Shown: positions 11,301 through 21,438 of the stretch, one piece after another | Position numbering within the stretch: the stretch's first letter is position 1 | Layout of the letters: every line of letters starts with the position of its first letter | NCBI GenBank assembly: GCA_902782125.1 | Contig: CACZMA010000003.1 | Coordinates: forward strand, 87,429-151,428 | Length of the DNA stretch: 64,000 nt | Source: Oscillospiraceae bacterium | GTDB taxonomy: Bacteria > Bacillota > Clostridia > Saccharofermentanales > Saccharofermentanaceae | Direction: 5' to 3' | Translations under genes and position numbers: made by a program | The notes under the pieces: generated by a model | The model's database searches: none | What the model saw: only the letters and a program-made list of their open reading frames with translations | Told to the model about the DNA's origin: nothing

Positions 11301-12272
11301 GTCGAGATCATATCTGAGCGGATCAAAATATGTCTTAGCCATGATGTTCTCGGCATTCTCAACAGAGAAAGGCTCGTTGTTACGTATCTTCTTGAAGAAC
11401 TCGGACAGAGCTGCAACGTAGGGATCAGCCGCATCCTTTGTATCGTCCTTCTCGAGTGTCATCCTGAGGCACTCTTCGTCACCGAACATATTGATGATGT
11501 CCTCGTTTGTTACGAGGGGATTCTCTTTGTTAAGGCATCTGAGGAATACTGACAGAGGGATCTTGTGGGACTTGTCCACAACGATGTTGATGAGCTGATA
11601 CTCATCAGGCTCCTTGGAAACGTCAGCACCCTTTGCAGCCTTCTCCTTTGCGGAGATCTTGTTCTCCTTCTCGTTCTCCTCGATGAGGATCCATGAGCCC
11701 TTGTAAGGAATGAGTTCCGCAGTATAGATGCGGTTACCCATCTTGGATCTTGCCTCGCCGTAGTATGCTCCCGGAGATCTTACGATCTGGTTGATGACTA
11801 CTCGCTCGGCACCGTTGATGATGAATGTACCCTGATCAGTCATGATAGGGAACTCACCAACATAGATAGTCTCTTCGGAGACTGTATTATCTACTTTATT
11901 ATTCAGCTGAACCTTGATGCTGAGTCTGGCAGCATAGTTGCTGTCATTCTTCTTGCACTGGTCGATGACATCTGCCTTTGAAAGCTTAACGGTTCCATTG
12001 GACTTATCCTTCTTGGAACCCGATCTGTCTTCCTTGCCGGAAGGATCACACGGTGTGTCAGGATCGAAGATCTTATCAATAAAATAGATCTCGTACTTGC
12101 CCTGATCATCGGTAACCGGAGAAACTTCATTGAAAACCTGCTGCATTCCTTCGTCAATGAACCACTGATAGGACTGCCTCTGATTCTCGATGAGGTTAGG
12201 TACTTCGATTACTTCGTTGATCTTGGAGTAAGACTGACGTTCTGTCTTGCCTTGTTTAACGGAATGGACCAT
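8331..12272 (-). CDS. rpoB: RNA polymerase beta subunit
   Basis: [50 protein letters not shown] motifs. Confidence 0.99.
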   Translation of the reverse strand: MVHSVKQGKTERQSYSKINEVIEVPNLIENQRQSYQWFIDEGMQQVFNEVSPVTDDQGKYEIYFIDKIFDPDTPCDPSGKEDRSGSKKDKSNGTVKLSKADVIDQCKKNDSNYAARLSIKVQLNNKVDNTVSEETIYVGEFPIMTDQGTFIINGAERVVINQIVRSPGAYYGEARSKMGNRIYTAELIPYKGSWILIEENEKENKISAKEKAAKGADVSKEPDEYQLINIVVDKSHKIPLSVFLRCLNKENPLVTNEDIINMFGDEECLRMTLEKDDTKDAADPYVAALSEFFKKIRNNEPFSVENAENIMAKTYFDPLRYDLDRVGIFKLNKKLAIGRRIINQKIAENVTTEDGELIAKKGVVVTPEIANKIDEAGVPYVIIFPRKLVKAADEDDFDEKPLKVIGNGRVDPDAFIRNSFAKKDLKNFDINNTPVNEKVRVSILREIIEDARANGGKDIAGYLENALYERKEELMPRCLTTDDIYAFVSYYLGLHRGVGRIDNIDHLGNRRVRSVGELLQSQLRTGIARVEKNTRDRISQISGKDGEVVTAQSLVNTRPLSASFREFFGSSQLSAFADQNNPLAELTNKRRLSALGPGGISRERASMEVRDINPTHYGRMCTIETPEGQNIGLMTSLAIYARINKYGFIETPYRKFDKEKLVVTDEVRYMAADEEDDYNIAQANEPVDDNGKFENNKIVCRHLDQFLQLDPEQIDYMDVSPKQLVSVSTSLIPFLGNDDANRALMGSNMQRQAVPLIKPEAPIIGTGMEYRAAKDSGVCIVALHDGVVSFVSADRIEVTAKDGTVDKYTLSKYQRSNQSTCINQRPIVEIGEKVKAGDTIADGPATDNGELALGRNVLIGFTTWEGYNYEDAVLVNERIVRDDVYTSIHIEEHECEARETKLGAEQITREVPNVSDEALSNLDEDGIVIIGAEVKDGDILVGKVSPKGETDQTAEERLYKAIFGEKAREVKDTSKRVPHGGGGVVVDVVVSTKETNGNLKNGVNKRVRVYVAQKRKLSVGDKMAGRHGNKGVVSRILPEEDMPFLPDGTTLDICLNPLGVPSRMNIGQLLEVHLGRAARALNWKIATPVFDGANENDIADAFKLAGIDSDGKTVLYDGRTGEPFENRVTVGVMYYMKLHHLVDDKMHARSTGPYSLVTQQPLGGKAQNGGQRFGEMEVWALEAYGAAHTLQEILTVKSDDIEGRSKTFDAIIRGKNVPEPGIPESFNVLVNELKALALDVRTYTDDKEYTPENKDSFESISEMDEAMRRNVDGEDEVVPSDILSEGFVESDELGNIAEDDFDGDDFDGDGDDL

Positions 12273-12416
12273 AGCTAACGAATCACCTCACACAAAGCTT
12301 GAAACCTTTGGATTTCAAGCGGTTTACAGTGGAAAAGTCTATTTATTTAACATAAAAGACTAATCCCGTCAAGGCAAAAGGGCATAATACCCCTACCCAT
12401 TATGACGCAGTAAACA

Positions 12417-12445
12417 ATTATAAAGGGTCGTTCAAGTTATGTCAA
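12417..12445 (-). promoter_or_regulatory. Perfect sigma-A promoter for rpoBC
   Basis: Minus strand TTGACA-17 nt-TATAAT about 145 nt upstream of the rpoB ATG. Confidence 0.85.
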
Positions 12446-12461
12446 CAGTTTAATTAGGAAA

Positions 12462-14000
12462 TCAATAGGTAAACTGTTCCATCCATCCTTTGTTTACTTC
12501 GTAAGAAGGATTGTTGGCCTGGAGCTGGGTTGCCCAATCGTTGATGGCGGATACGATGAGCTGGTTCTTGACCTGATACTGCCAGCTGGGCTCATTGCAC
12601 TCGAAGTAGTAAACAAGGACCCTTGTCTTATCCTGTGAGAGGATAACGACATAGTCACCCTGGACTCTGGCGGGATCAAAGAGCCATTCGCCTGCCTGGG
12701 TAATATCCGTAGCGAGAGGGGTAGCGCCCTCTACCGTGCTGTTGCTCTGGAATGCAGTGATCTTGGCGCCGGGCACATAACCGCCGCTGATCATCTCGTT
12801 GCTGTCGGATGAATTAGCCTTGCAGATGCTGTAGAAAGTCAGCGAATCAACAGGACCGGAGATGATCTGAGCTGCCTGAGCCTCTGCCTCAGCCTGAAGC
12901 GTGGCAAAGTCTGTTGTCTCAAGATCAAGTGTTGTCGTGAACGGCAGGGTCATAACTCTGTAGGATACCGTAGCAGCATCATCGAGGTAGACCTTGTCAA
13001 AACGGACTACATAGTAACCTGTCTCGGTCGGGATCATGGCTACGTCGCCTTCCTGAGTGTCAGGACCGAAGACGAAGTCGGTGAAGCCTTCAACAAAGTA
13101 ATCAGTGTACTGAGCCGTATAGCCTTCGCACCTTGTCGGATCGCCGTCGTCCTCGAAGCTTGCAAGTGCGCCTTCGTCACCCTTCTCCGTGAGATATGCG
13201 ATAACGGCATCTCGGAATGCCTCCGGGCTGTCCGGAGCGGCAACAACGATCTTGGATGCTGCAGCCTCTGCTTCTTCCATACCTGTTACGTTGCCTTCTG
13301 AGTCAACATCGGCAGGGATGAAGAAATAGTTGAAGTCAGCGAGCTGGTAAGCTGTGGGGTCTGCATCGAACGCAGCCTGGATCTCTTCCTGAGTAGGCAT
13401 GAACTTGAACTGTCCGATGTATTCCTGATACTCGCTCGTGAGGATCTCCTTGGCAAGGATATCCTTATAGACTCTTAAAGACATACCTGTTCCGTATACC
13501 TGGAACAGATACTGGTCGACAGACTGATATCCGTAGAGCGCAGCCATCATCTCGATGTTCTCGCACTGCTTGTCTGCGATCAGGGCAGCCTGCGAATACT
13601 GGAGGAATCCGTCCTGCTCAGCCGCACGGTTGATGAGGATCTGATTCATTACCTGCATACCTACCTGCTGGAGGATCATGTCGCGGTATGTCTCGCCTGT
13701 GGCGGGATCGTATACTTCATCGAGCGTGTCTCTCGTAACATAGCCGTACTGTGAGTACTGCTGGAAGACTTCGCTGAAGTGATAATTCGTCTCGAGGACA
13801 GATACGCTCTCTACCTTCTGGAGCGTAACGCCGTCAGGTGCGGTCTCATAGACTGTCATGCCCGGCAGAAGCTGCGGGATGATACCTGATATATAAATAA
13901 ACCAACCTATGACACATACGGCTATAACACCGATGGTAACGCCGAGAGCTATCTTAACATTCTTGGAACTGCTCTTATGAGTTTTGTTGTTCTTTGCCAT
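12462..14000 (-). CDS. Membrane-anchored acidic SurA/PrsA-like (PPIase-type foldase) surface protein
   Basis: Basic N-terminus plus TM helix, long helical SurA-like region, two parvulin-like segments (e.g. TETGYYVVRF). Family call is by resemblance only. Confidence 0.55.
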   Translation of the reverse strand: MAKNNKTHKSSSKNVKIALGVTIGVIAVCVIGWFIYISGIIPQLLPGMTVYETAPDGVTLQKVESVSVLETNYHFSEVFQQYSQYGYVTRDTLDEVYDPATGETYRDMILQQVGMQVMNQILINRAAEQDGFLQYSQAALIADKQCENIEMMAALYGYQSVDQYLFQVYGTGMSLRVYKDILAKEILTSEYQEYIGQFKFMPTQEEIQAAFDADPTAYQLADFNYFFIPADVDSEGNVTGMEEAEAAASKIVVAAPDSPEAFRDAVIAYLTEKGDEGALASFEDDGDPTRCEGYTAQYTDYFVEGFTDFVFGPDTQEGDVAMIPTETGYYVVRFDKVYLDDAATVSYRVMTLPFTTTLDLETTDFATLQAEAEAQAAQIISGPVDSLTFYSICKANSSDSNEMISGGYVPGAKITAFQSNSTVEGATPLATDITQAGEWLFDPARVQGDYVVILSQDKTRVLVYYFECNEPSWQYQVKNQLIVSAINDWATQLQANNPSYEVNKGWMEQFTY

Positions 14001-14048
14001 ATGGGCCGACCTGCCTTGAATTTAGTGGCTTATAAAAAAGCATTGACT

Positions 14049-14077
14049 ATTATAATTCGGCAGACCTGATAATGCAA
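14049..14077 (-). promoter_or_regulatory. Sigma-A promoter for the 12462-14000 gene
   Basis: Minus strand TTGCAT-17 nt-TATAAT. Confidence 0.65.
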
Positions 14078-14109
14078 GGAAACACTCTAAAGGGGGACAA
14101 ATGCCCTTT

Positions 14110-15456
14110 TTACTCGCCTTTGCCGTCCTTATCGCCTTCCTCGGAGCCCTCTTCGGTCTCGGGATTTGCGTGGATCATGACCTTGGCGATGGCATTCTCG
14201 GCGACCTTGAGCACCTTTATGTCAAGGTTCTTGTAGTGTACGACCGGATGCTCGCGCTCTTCCGGGACGCGGTCGAGCAGCGACAGGACCAGACCTGCGA
14301 TCGTGTCGTACTCATCGTCCGTGAGCTCGACTTCCACAGCATCTTCCAGATCGCTCAGCGTCATGTCGCCTGCGACGATGTAATCGCCGTTGGACAGTCT
14401 TACGAGCTCGTCATCGTCCTCGTCGAACTCGTCGCTTATGTTGCCCACGAGCTCCTCCAGGATATCCTCGATCGTGCAGATGCCCATCGTTCCGCCGTAC
14501 TCATCGACGATAACGGCCATCTGCATGCCTGAATTCTTCATCTCACCGAACAGTGACGAGATCTTGCGGGTCTCGTGCACGACCAGAGGGTCTCTGATGT
14601 ATTTCGAGAGGATGAAGGGGTGTCCGTCGTCGGGAGGCGTGATGCCCAGAAGGTCCTTGATGTGCAGTATGCCCTCGATATCATCTATGGTCTCCCTGTA
14701 GACGGGTATCCTCGTGAACTTCTCTTCCCTGGCGACCTTCATGACCTCGTCGTATTCGGCGTCGATCGGAAGCGAGACGATCTTCTTCCTGTGCGTCATT
14801 ATCTCGGAGACTTCCTTATCGTTGAACTCGAAGACGTTCTCGATCATCTCTTTCTCGTTGTCTTCGATGTTGCCGGACTCGGAGCCGACGTCTACCATCA
14901 TCCTTATCTCTTCCTCGGTAACGGTCTTGTCGTTCTTGTTCGGATCGATCTTGAACAGACGGAGGATGCCGTTGGTGGAAGCCGTCAGGACGATGACGAA
15001 CGGTCTCAGGAATATGCTGAAGAAATTGACCACGCCCGTGACCGCGAAGGCCCACTTCTCGGGATAGGTCTGAGCAACGCGCTTCGGCACGAGTTCTCCC
15101 AGGACAAGGGAGAAATACGACAGTATCACGGTTATGACTACGGTCCAGAGGGTCTCCATCCATGTGTACTGCCCTGCGGGATCGAAGTACACTGCCAGCG
15201 TCCTCGCGAAATTATTCGCGGCAAAAGCCGATGACAGGAATCCTGCCAGTGTCACGCCGACCTGTATGGTCGCGAGGAAACTTCCGGGGTTATCGATGAA
15301 CTTTATGATCCTCTTGGCCTTCTTGTTGCCGTCCTCGGCCATCTTGTGCATCTTCGCGTCGTTAAGCGAGATCACGGCCATCTCCGTGCCGGAGAAGAAA
15401 GCATTGACCAGCACGAAGAAGAATACTACCAGAAGATCTAATACAGTCTTTACCAT
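14110..15456 (-). CDS. CNNM/HlyC/CorC family CBS-domain transporter
   Basis: NAFFSGTEMAVIS, LGELVPK, VSEIMTHR, VDEYGG, IEDILEELVG and a CorC-type C-terminus. ATG overlaps the gatB stop (TAATG). Confidence 0.92.
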   Translation of the reverse strand: MVKTVLDLLVVFFFVLVNAFFSGTEMAVISLNDAKMHKMAEDGNKKAKRIIKFIDNPGSFLATIQVGVTLAGFLSSAFAANNFARTLAVYFDPAGQYTWMETLWTVVITVILSYFSLVLGELVPKRVAQTYPEKWAFAVTGVVNFFSIFLRPFVIVLTASTNGILRLFKIDPNKNDKTVTEEEIRMMVDVGSESGNIEDNEKEMIENVFEFNDKEVSEIMTHRKKIVSLPIDAEYDEVMKVAREEKFTRIPVYRETIDDIEGILHIKDLLGITPPDDGHPFILSKYIRDPLVVHETRKISSLFGEMKNSGMQMAVIVDEYGGTMGICTIEDILEELVGNISDEFDEDDDELVRLSNGDYIVAGDMTLSDLEDAVEVELTDDEYDTIAGLVLSLLDRVPEEREHPVVHYKNLDIKVLKVAENAIAKVMIHANPETEEGSEEGDKDGKGE

Positions 15457-16895
15457 TATCTCATCTGATCAAGCAGCATCTGCAGAGTGGTCCTTACCAT
15501 CTGGGGGTCTGCTTTTCCTTTCAGTGCGCGCATGGACTGTCCGATAAGGAACTGGAAATTCTTCTCGGAGCCTCCGAGGTATTCGGCCACGGCCTTCTCG
15601 TTTGCCGCGAGGACTTCCCTGATGACGGGCTCGATAGCGGAGCTGTCGGATACCTGCGCCAGGTTGTTGGCCTTGATGTACTCTTCGGGATCGACCTTGT
15701 CTGCGAATACCACGCCCAGGACCTGTCGTCCCGTCTTACGGTTGATCTTGCCCTCGGATACGAGATTGATGATCGTGCCCAGGTTCCTGCCGTCGAATTC
15801 CATGTCCTCTACGGCAACATGTGCATCCTTGCAGAGCTTGAGGAGGTCCGTCATGATCCAGTTGGATACATCCTTCGGGCTGCCCGTCATCTCGGACGCG
15901 GTCTCGAAAACGGTAACGAGCGTCGTCGCACCGGTAATGATCTCTGCGTCATATTCGGGAAGGCCCATGTCCCTTACATATCTCTCGCGCTTGGCATCGG
16001 CAAACTCGGGAAGGTTCTTCTTAACTTCGTCAAGATACTCTTCGGAGATCTCGATGGGCATGAGGTCAGGATCCGGGAAGTACTTGTAGTCCTGTGCATT
16101 CTCCTTGGAACGCATCGCATAGGTGTACTCCTTCTCGTCGTCCCAGCGTCTGGTCTCCTGCACGACCTTGCCGCCCTCTTCGATGAGGTCGATCTGTCTG
16201 TCGCGCTCATATTCGATCGCACGCTCGATAGCCTTGAAGCTCGCGATGTTCTTCATCTCGGTCCTGGTGCCGAATTCCTTCTGGCCGACAGGCCTTACCG
16301 AGAGGTTGACGTCAGCTCTCATGGAGCCTTCCTGCATCTTGCAGTCGGATACTCCGAGGTACTGCATTGTATCCCTGAGCTTTGTGAGGTAAGCAGTTAC
16401 CTCTTCGGCACTCCTGAAGTCAGGCTCTGATACGATCTCGAGAAGCGGCACGCCGCATCTGTTGAAGTCGACCATGGTCATTCCCGTTACGGGGTCATGG
16501 ACGAGCTTGCCGGCATCTTCTTCCATGTGGATCTCGTGGATGCCGATGGATTTTGTGCCTTCGCTCGTCTTGATGTCGACATGTCCGTTCCTGCATATCG
16601 GGAAGTAGAGCTGCGATATCTGATATGCCTTGGGAAGATCCGGATAGAAATAATTCTTTCTGTCGAACTTGTTCTTCCTCGTTATCTCACAGTTCAGTGC
16701 GAGGCCTGTCTTGACCGCGTACTCAACTACCTTCCTGTTGAGCGTCGGAAGAGTGCCCGGCATGCCCGAGCATACTTCGCATACGTGTGTATTCGGTTCA
16801 CCGCCGAACTTGGTCGAGCATCCGCAGAAGATCTTGGACTCCGTGGAGAGCTCGCAGTGGACTTCAAGTCCTATCACCATCTCATATTCTTTCAT
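15456..16895 (-). CDS. gatB: Asp/Glu-tRNA amidotransferase subunit B
   Basis: VIGLEVH, KNYFYPDLPK, HMEEDAGK, DFNRCGVPLLEIV. Start ATG 16895. Confidence 0.97.
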   Translation of the reverse strand: MKEYEMVIGLEVHCELSTESKIFCGCSTKFGGEPNTHVCEVCSGMPGTLPTLNRKVVEYAVKTGLALNCEITRKNKFDRKNYFYPDLPKAYQISQLYFPICRNGHVDIKTSEGTKSIGIHEIHMEEDAGKLVHDPVTGMTMVDFNRCGVPLLEIVSEPDFRSAEEVTAYLTKLRDTMQYLGVSDCKMQEGSMRADVNLSVRPVGQKEFGTRTEMKNIASFKAIERAIEYERDRQIDLIEEGGKVVQETRRWDDEKEYTYAMRSKENAQDYKYFPDPDLMPIEISEEYLDEVKKNLPEFADAKRERYVRDMGLPEYDAEIITGATTLVTVFETASEMTGSPKDVSNWIMTDLLKLCKDAHVAVEDMEFDGRNLGTIINLVSEGKINRKTGRQVLGVVFADKVDPEEYIKANNLAQVSDSSAIEPVIREVLAANEKAVAEYLGGSEKNFQFLIGQSMRALKGKADPQMVRTTLQMLLDQMR

Positions 16896-16909
16896 CTTGC
16901 TGCCCCCCT

Positions 16910-18388
16910 TCACATCTTTACCGGCGACTGCTGCTCGTAAGCCTTGTCAGAAGTCGCGCGCTGGAAATCGGAAGCGAAGCCCAGGATGGTCTCTTCACTG
17001 TAATGCTTTCCTATAATCTGCATTCCTACCGGAAGTCCCGATGCGAAGCCGCAGGGAACCGACACCGCGGGAAGGCCCACGATGTTGATAAGGACGGTGC
17101 AGATATCTCCGAGATACATCTTAAGAGGATCGGACAGGCTCTCTCCGGCCTTGAGCGCGGGAGTGGGAGCGACGGGTCCGATGACGACGTCATACTTGGA
17201 GAATGCTTCGTTGAATGCCTGGTAGATCAGGTTCTTAACCTGAAGCGCCTTGTTGTAGTATGCATCATAATAGCCTGACGACAGCACGAAGTTGCCGATC
17301 ATGATCCTTCTCTTGACTTCCATTCCGAAGCCTTCGCTCCTGGATCTGATATAGAGTTCGCCGAGGTCCTGGACGCCTTCGGGACGGAATCCGTACTTGA
17401 TGCCGTCATATCTCGACAGGTTCGAGCATGCCTCGGCACATGCGATGATGTAATAAGTAGGTATCGCGTATTCCATGATTGGGAGCGTGAATCTCTCGAC
17501 CTTCGCACCCTCGCTCTCGAAGACCTTGACGGCGTCCGTTACTGCCGCCTTGACTTCCGGGTCAATGCCTTCGCCGAAGTACTCTTCGGGAATGCCGATG
17601 GTCTTGCCGGCAACAGAATAGTTCCTGATATTGTCTATGTCGAGCTTAGCAGTCTCGGTGGAAGACTGATCCTTCTCGTCAACACCGCAGATGAGGTTAT
17701 ACAGAGAAGCGAGATCAACGGCATCTCTTCCGATGGGACCGATCTGGTCGAGTGAGGAAGCGAATGCGACAAGTCCGTATCTGGATACCGTGCCGTATGT
17801 AGGCTTAAGGCCGGTAACGCCGCAGAATGAAGCGGGCTGTCTGATGGATCCGCCGGTGTCAGAACCGAGCGATACGGGCGCGAGCCTTGCTGCAACTGCA
17901 GCTGCGGAACCGCCGGAAGATCCTCCCGGTACGCGATTCTCACCCCAGGGGTTGAGCGTGGGACCGAAGTAAGATGTCTCGGTGGTGGAGCCCATCGCGA
18001 ACTCGTCCATGTTCGTCTTGCCGAGGATTACCATACCCTCTGCATTTATCTTGTTGATAACGGTGGCATCGTAGGGCGGAACGAAGTTGGCGAGCATCCT
18101 GGATGCACACGTCGTAGCCGTGCCCTTGGTGCAGATATTGTCCTTGATCGCGATGGGAACGCCTGCCAGGTCACCTGTAAGCTTGCCCTGCGCGATCAGG
18201 CTGTCTACCTCTGCGGCACGTGCGAGTGCCGAGTCGCGGCAGACCGTTATGTATGACTTGTAGTCCTTGTCGAGAGACTCGATCGCATCCAGGAAAGCCT
18301 GCGTCGCCTGGACGGAAGTAATCTCGCCGGACTTGATCTTGCTGCCTATGTCGAGAGCGGAGAGCTCTAAGATAGCTTTGTTATCCAT
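16910..18388 (-). CDS. gatA: Asp/Glu-tRNA amidotransferase subunit A
   Basis: AIKDN, GKTNMDEFAMGS, PGGSSGGSAAAV, GSDTGGSIRQPA amidase signature. Start ATG 18388. Confidence 0.97.
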   Translation of the reverse strand: MDNKAILELSALDIGSKIKSGEITSVQATQAFLDAIESLDKDYKSYITVCRDSALARAAEVDSLIAQGKLTGDLAGVPIAIKDNICTKGTATTCASRMLANFVPPYDATVINKINAEGMVILGKTNMDEFAMGSTTETSYFGPTLNPWGENRVPGGSSGGSAAAVAARLAPVSLGSDTGGSIRQPASFCGVTGLKPTYGTVSRYGLVAFASSLDQIGPIGRDAVDLASLYNLICGVDEKDQSSTETAKLDIDNIRNYSVAGKTIGIPEEYFGEGIDPEVKAAVTDAVKVFESEGAKVERFTLPIMEYAIPTYYIIACAEACSNLSRYDGIKYGFRPEGVQDLGELYIRSRSEGFGMEVKRRIMIGNFVLSSGYYDAYYNKALQVKNLIYQAFNEAFSKYDVVIGPVAPTPALKAGESLSDPLKMYLGDICTVLINIVGLPAVSVPCGFASGLPVGMQIIGKHYSEETILGFASDFQRATSDKAYEQQSPVKM

Positions 18389-18401
18389 TGCCGTGCCCCC
18401 G

Positions 18402-18689
18402 TCACTCAAAAGTCTTGGGTACGAGGATCGTACCGTCCTTGGTCTCCGGACTGTTGGAGAGGATGTCCTCTCTCATGTCTTCGTTGACCGCCTTGTCTTC
18501 TCTTGTTACATTGGTGCGCCCGAAAGCATGGCTAAGGGGCTCTGTTCCTGTCGTATCAAGCTCCGAGAGCTTGTCAAAATATCCGAGGATGTCATTGAGT
18601 TTCTCTCTCGTGACTTCCTCATCTGCCTCACTGAGCTCTATCCTGCCCAGTGCCTCAAGATACTTTACGAGGTCTGTTGTGATTTCCAT
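18402..18689 (-). CDS. gatC: Asp/Glu-tRNA amidotransferase subunit C
   Basis: 95-aa ORF with LGRIEL, NVTRED, ILVPK, directly upstream of gatA. Confidence 0.92.
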   Translation of the reverse strand: MEITTDLVKYLEALGRIELSEADEEVTREKLNDILGYFDKLSELDTTGTEPLSHAFGRTNVTREDKAVNEDMREDILSNSPETKDGTILVPKTFE

Positions 18690-18770
18690 AGTCGCTCCTA
18701 AATATAACCGCAATAACGGCACTATAACCTTAGAATTCTATCATGACGGCGCCTTTTAGTAAATAAAATA

Positions 18771-18812
18771 AGAACCGCCGGAGCTTTGAGGGCTTGCCGG
18801 CGGGTCCTTTTT
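18771..18812. terminator. Probable terminator hairpin after the 18831 gene
   Basis: ACCGCCGG...CCGGCGGGT stem flanked by A- and T-tracts. Confidence 0.5.
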
Positions 18813-18830
18813 GTTCAGTATGATACTGGC

Positions 18831-20207
18831 TTACTCTTCGTCAGAATCGACAGGCTCGGGTTCATCGGAAGGCTTGACCTTCTTGGGCTTGTCTTCGGAC
18901 TTGCCGTCTTCCTTCTTGCCTCCGACCATGGAGAAGATAAGAACGACTACGACGCCTACGATGGCAACGCCGCCGACAATCGCAAGAACGATAAGTATCG
19001 TATTTGAGCTGTCTGATGCTCCGGGAACGCCTTCTGCTACGGGCGTGGGAGTCGTGTCGATGTTGAGCGTTACCTGGTTCGTAGCGGGATCGTAAACACC
19101 GGTATCGCCAACGGGAAGTGCGGGCTCGTACGGCTCATCCGTGCCGAACTCATACACGCCGCTGTCAATGATGTCGCTGATCTCCTGGCTCAGAGCGCCG
19201 AGAGCAACGTTGTTGAGCTCATCCTGGGATCTCTCCTCTACTCCGAGGTAGCCTACAACGAAGTAACCGTACTCGTCACTCTTGATGACATCCAGGTCAC
19301 CGACTTCGTGAGTCTCATACGCCCATGCCTCGAAGGCAGGTACCATCTGTCCCTTGGGAACGAGGATGTCGGAAGTCTCGAATACCGTGCCTGCAGCGAG
19401 CAGCTCCTGTGCCTTTGTCTGCATATCGTCAATGTCAGCGCAGTCTGCAAGAAGTGCATTTGCATCTGCTTCAGCCTGTGCGAGGGTGTCTTCACTTGAA
19501 CCTGCAGGTGCATAGAACAGAGCATATCTGATGTTCGGGACATACTTCTCTTCGTCGGTGAATGCGTACTTCTCGCAGTAATCATCGGAATATGCCTCTG
19601 CGAGGTAGTACAGCTCGAGCGTCTCCCTGAACGCATCCTCAGTCATCTCCGGGCCGAAATACAGCTGGAGGTACTCGTCCAGAGTCATGCCCTGGGGTGT
19701 GGCAGAATCAACGGCAAGAGATTCGATCATGTCGTCAATCGCCGTCATCGTCTCATCTGTAAGAGAGATGCCTTCTTCTTCGGCCTTCCTGCAGACGATC
19801 ATGGTGCTCTCTATGGTGTTCTCCGCATATGCGACATAGTAATCGCCGAATGTGGCAAAATCGCCGCCGAACTCTGCGGAAAGATCGATGTATCCTTCGG
19901 ATGTAGCAGGAGCCTGTCCGTAGTAAGCGTAATTGCTGAGGTCCATGAATGCGTTGATGAAGTAGAAATCCGTAACATAGGTCGGGATCGGCTCTCCGTC
20001 GAACGTGTACTGGTGTCCGAGGTAGCCTCCGATCTGGCTTCCGTACATCGTCTCGAAAGTAAGTTCCTGCGTCGTCTCCGATGTCTGCTCACCGCCGAGC
20101 TCAGGGAGTGTCTCCCCCGTGGTCTCGTCCGCCAGGACTGTTCCTGCAGGTGCCATGAGCATCGTTGCCATTACCGCGCCTGCGATGATCTTCTGAATCT
20201 TTTTCAT
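18831..20207 (-). CDS. Secreted acidic SurA/PPIase-like protein with a C-terminal TM anchor
   Basis: Signal peptide, parvulin-like GQMVPAFEAWA / SDEYGYFVV segment, C-terminal hydrophobic helix and basic tail. Confidence 0.55.
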   Translation of the reverse strand: MKKIQKIIAGAVMATMLMAPAGTVLADETTGETLPELGGEQTSETTQELTFETMYGSQIGGYLGHQYTFDGEPIPTYVTDFYFINAFMDLSNYAYYGQAPATSEGYIDLSAEFGGDFATFGDYYVAYAENTIESTMIVCRKAEEEGISLTDETMTAIDDMIESLAVDSATPQGMTLDEYLQLYFGPEMTEDAFRETLELYYLAEAYSDDYCEKYAFTDEEKYVPNIRYALFYAPAGSSEDTLAQAEADANALLADCADIDDMQTKAQELLAAGTVFETSDILVPKGQMVPAFEAWAYETHEVGDLDVIKSDEYGYFVVGYLGVEERSQDELNNVALGALSQEISDIIDSGVYEFGTDEPYEPALPVGDTGVYDPATNQVTLNIDTTPTPVAEGVPGASDSSNTILIVLAIVGGVAIVGVVVVLIFSMVGGKKEDGKSEDKPKKVKPSDEPEPVDSDEE

Positions 20208-20216
20208 TTTTACTCC

Positions 20217-21323
20217 TTAACCTGTTATCTTGCTGAAATCCTCGGCCGCATCCGCGATCGTGTCATCCATGTCGTTATACTTGTACTTGCCGAGCCTTCC
20301 GCCGAAGAATACGCCGGAGTCGGCATCAGCGAGCTCTCTGTATCTGGCATAGAGCTCGTTGTTCTTGTCGTTGTTGACGGGATAGTAAGGCTCATCGCCT
20401 ATCTTCCAGTCAGCAGGATACTCTCTTGTTACGACAGTACCCTTGCAGGTGTTGAACTCGAAGTGCTTGTGCTCGATCACGCGTGTGTACGGGGTCTCCG
20501 CATCCGTGTAATTGATGACGGCATTGCCCTGATAGTCATCGACATCAGGCATCTGCTCCGTCTCGAACCTTAAGCTCCTATACTCGAGATTGCCGAACCT
20601 GTATCCGTAATACTCGTCGATCATGCCGGTATAGATGACCTTGTCTGCAAGAGCTGACAGTTCATCCTTGTGCTCCGTGTAATCGATACCCGTGCGGACT
20701 TCTATTCCCCGGAGCATGTTCTCGATCCAGGCGGTATAGCCTCCGATCGGAATGCCCTGATAGTCATCATTGAAGTAGTTATTGTTATAGGTGAGCCTTA
20801 CCGGAAGCCTCTTGATGATGAATGCCGGAAGCTCTGTTGCCTTCCTGCCCCACTGCTTCTCGGTATAGCCCTTGACGAGCTTGTTGTAGATATCGGGACC
20901 TATGAGTGAGATCGCCTGTTCTTCGAGGTTCTTTGGTTCGTCGACTGCGCCCATGGCTCTCTGTTCTTCCAGCTTAGCTCTTGCTTCTTCAGGCGTTACG
21001 ACTCCCCACATCTTGTTGAAGGTATACATGTTGAAGGGCATCGAATAGATCTCGCCCTTGTAGTTTGCAACTACCGTGTTGGTGTACCTGTTGAAGTCGG
21101 CAAACTTGTTCGCGAATTCCCAGACTTCCTTATTGCTTGTGTGGAATATGTGTGCTCCGTATCTGTGGACATTAATGCCGTTCACGTCTTCGGTATACAC
21201 ATTGCCTGCGACATGGGAACGCCTGTCGATGACCAGACACTTGTATCCCTTGTCAGTCGCGAGCCTGGCTATGGTAGCACCGTAAAGACCTGCGCCGACT
21301 ATCAAGAAATCAAATTCACTCAT
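20217..21323 (-). CDS. glf: UDP-galactopyranose mutase
   Basis: IVGAGLYG FAD motif, HRYGAHIFHT, YTEKQWG, EPYYP, GRLGKYKY. Real start ATG 21323; the track ORF is over-extended. Confidence 0.96.
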   Translation of the reverse strand: MSEFDFLIVGAGLYGATIARLATDKGYKCLVIDRRSHVAGNVYTEDVNGINVHRYGAHIFHTSNKEVWEFANKFADFNRYTNTVVANYKGEIYSMPFNMYTFNKMWGVVTPEEARAKLEEQRAMGAVDEPKNLEEQAISLIGPDIYNKLVKGYTEKQWGRKATELPAFIIKRLPVRLTYNNNYFNDDYQGIPIGGYTAWIENMLRGIEVRTGIDYTEHKDELSALADKVIYTGMIDEYYGYRFGNLEYRSLRFETEQMPDVDDYQGNAVINYTDAETPYTRVIEHKHFEFNTCKGTVVTREYPADWKIGDEPYYPVNNDKNNELYARYRELADADSGVFFGGRLGKYKYNDMDDTIADAAEDFSKITG

Positions 21324-21438
21324 TACAGATTCTCCTGATTCCAAATTACATAACTTCGGATAATATACACCATTTTCGGGAAGATATGTATTTTGGCTTG
21401 TGTGCCGGAGTGTTACCATTAGTAAAAGGAGTCCTCCT

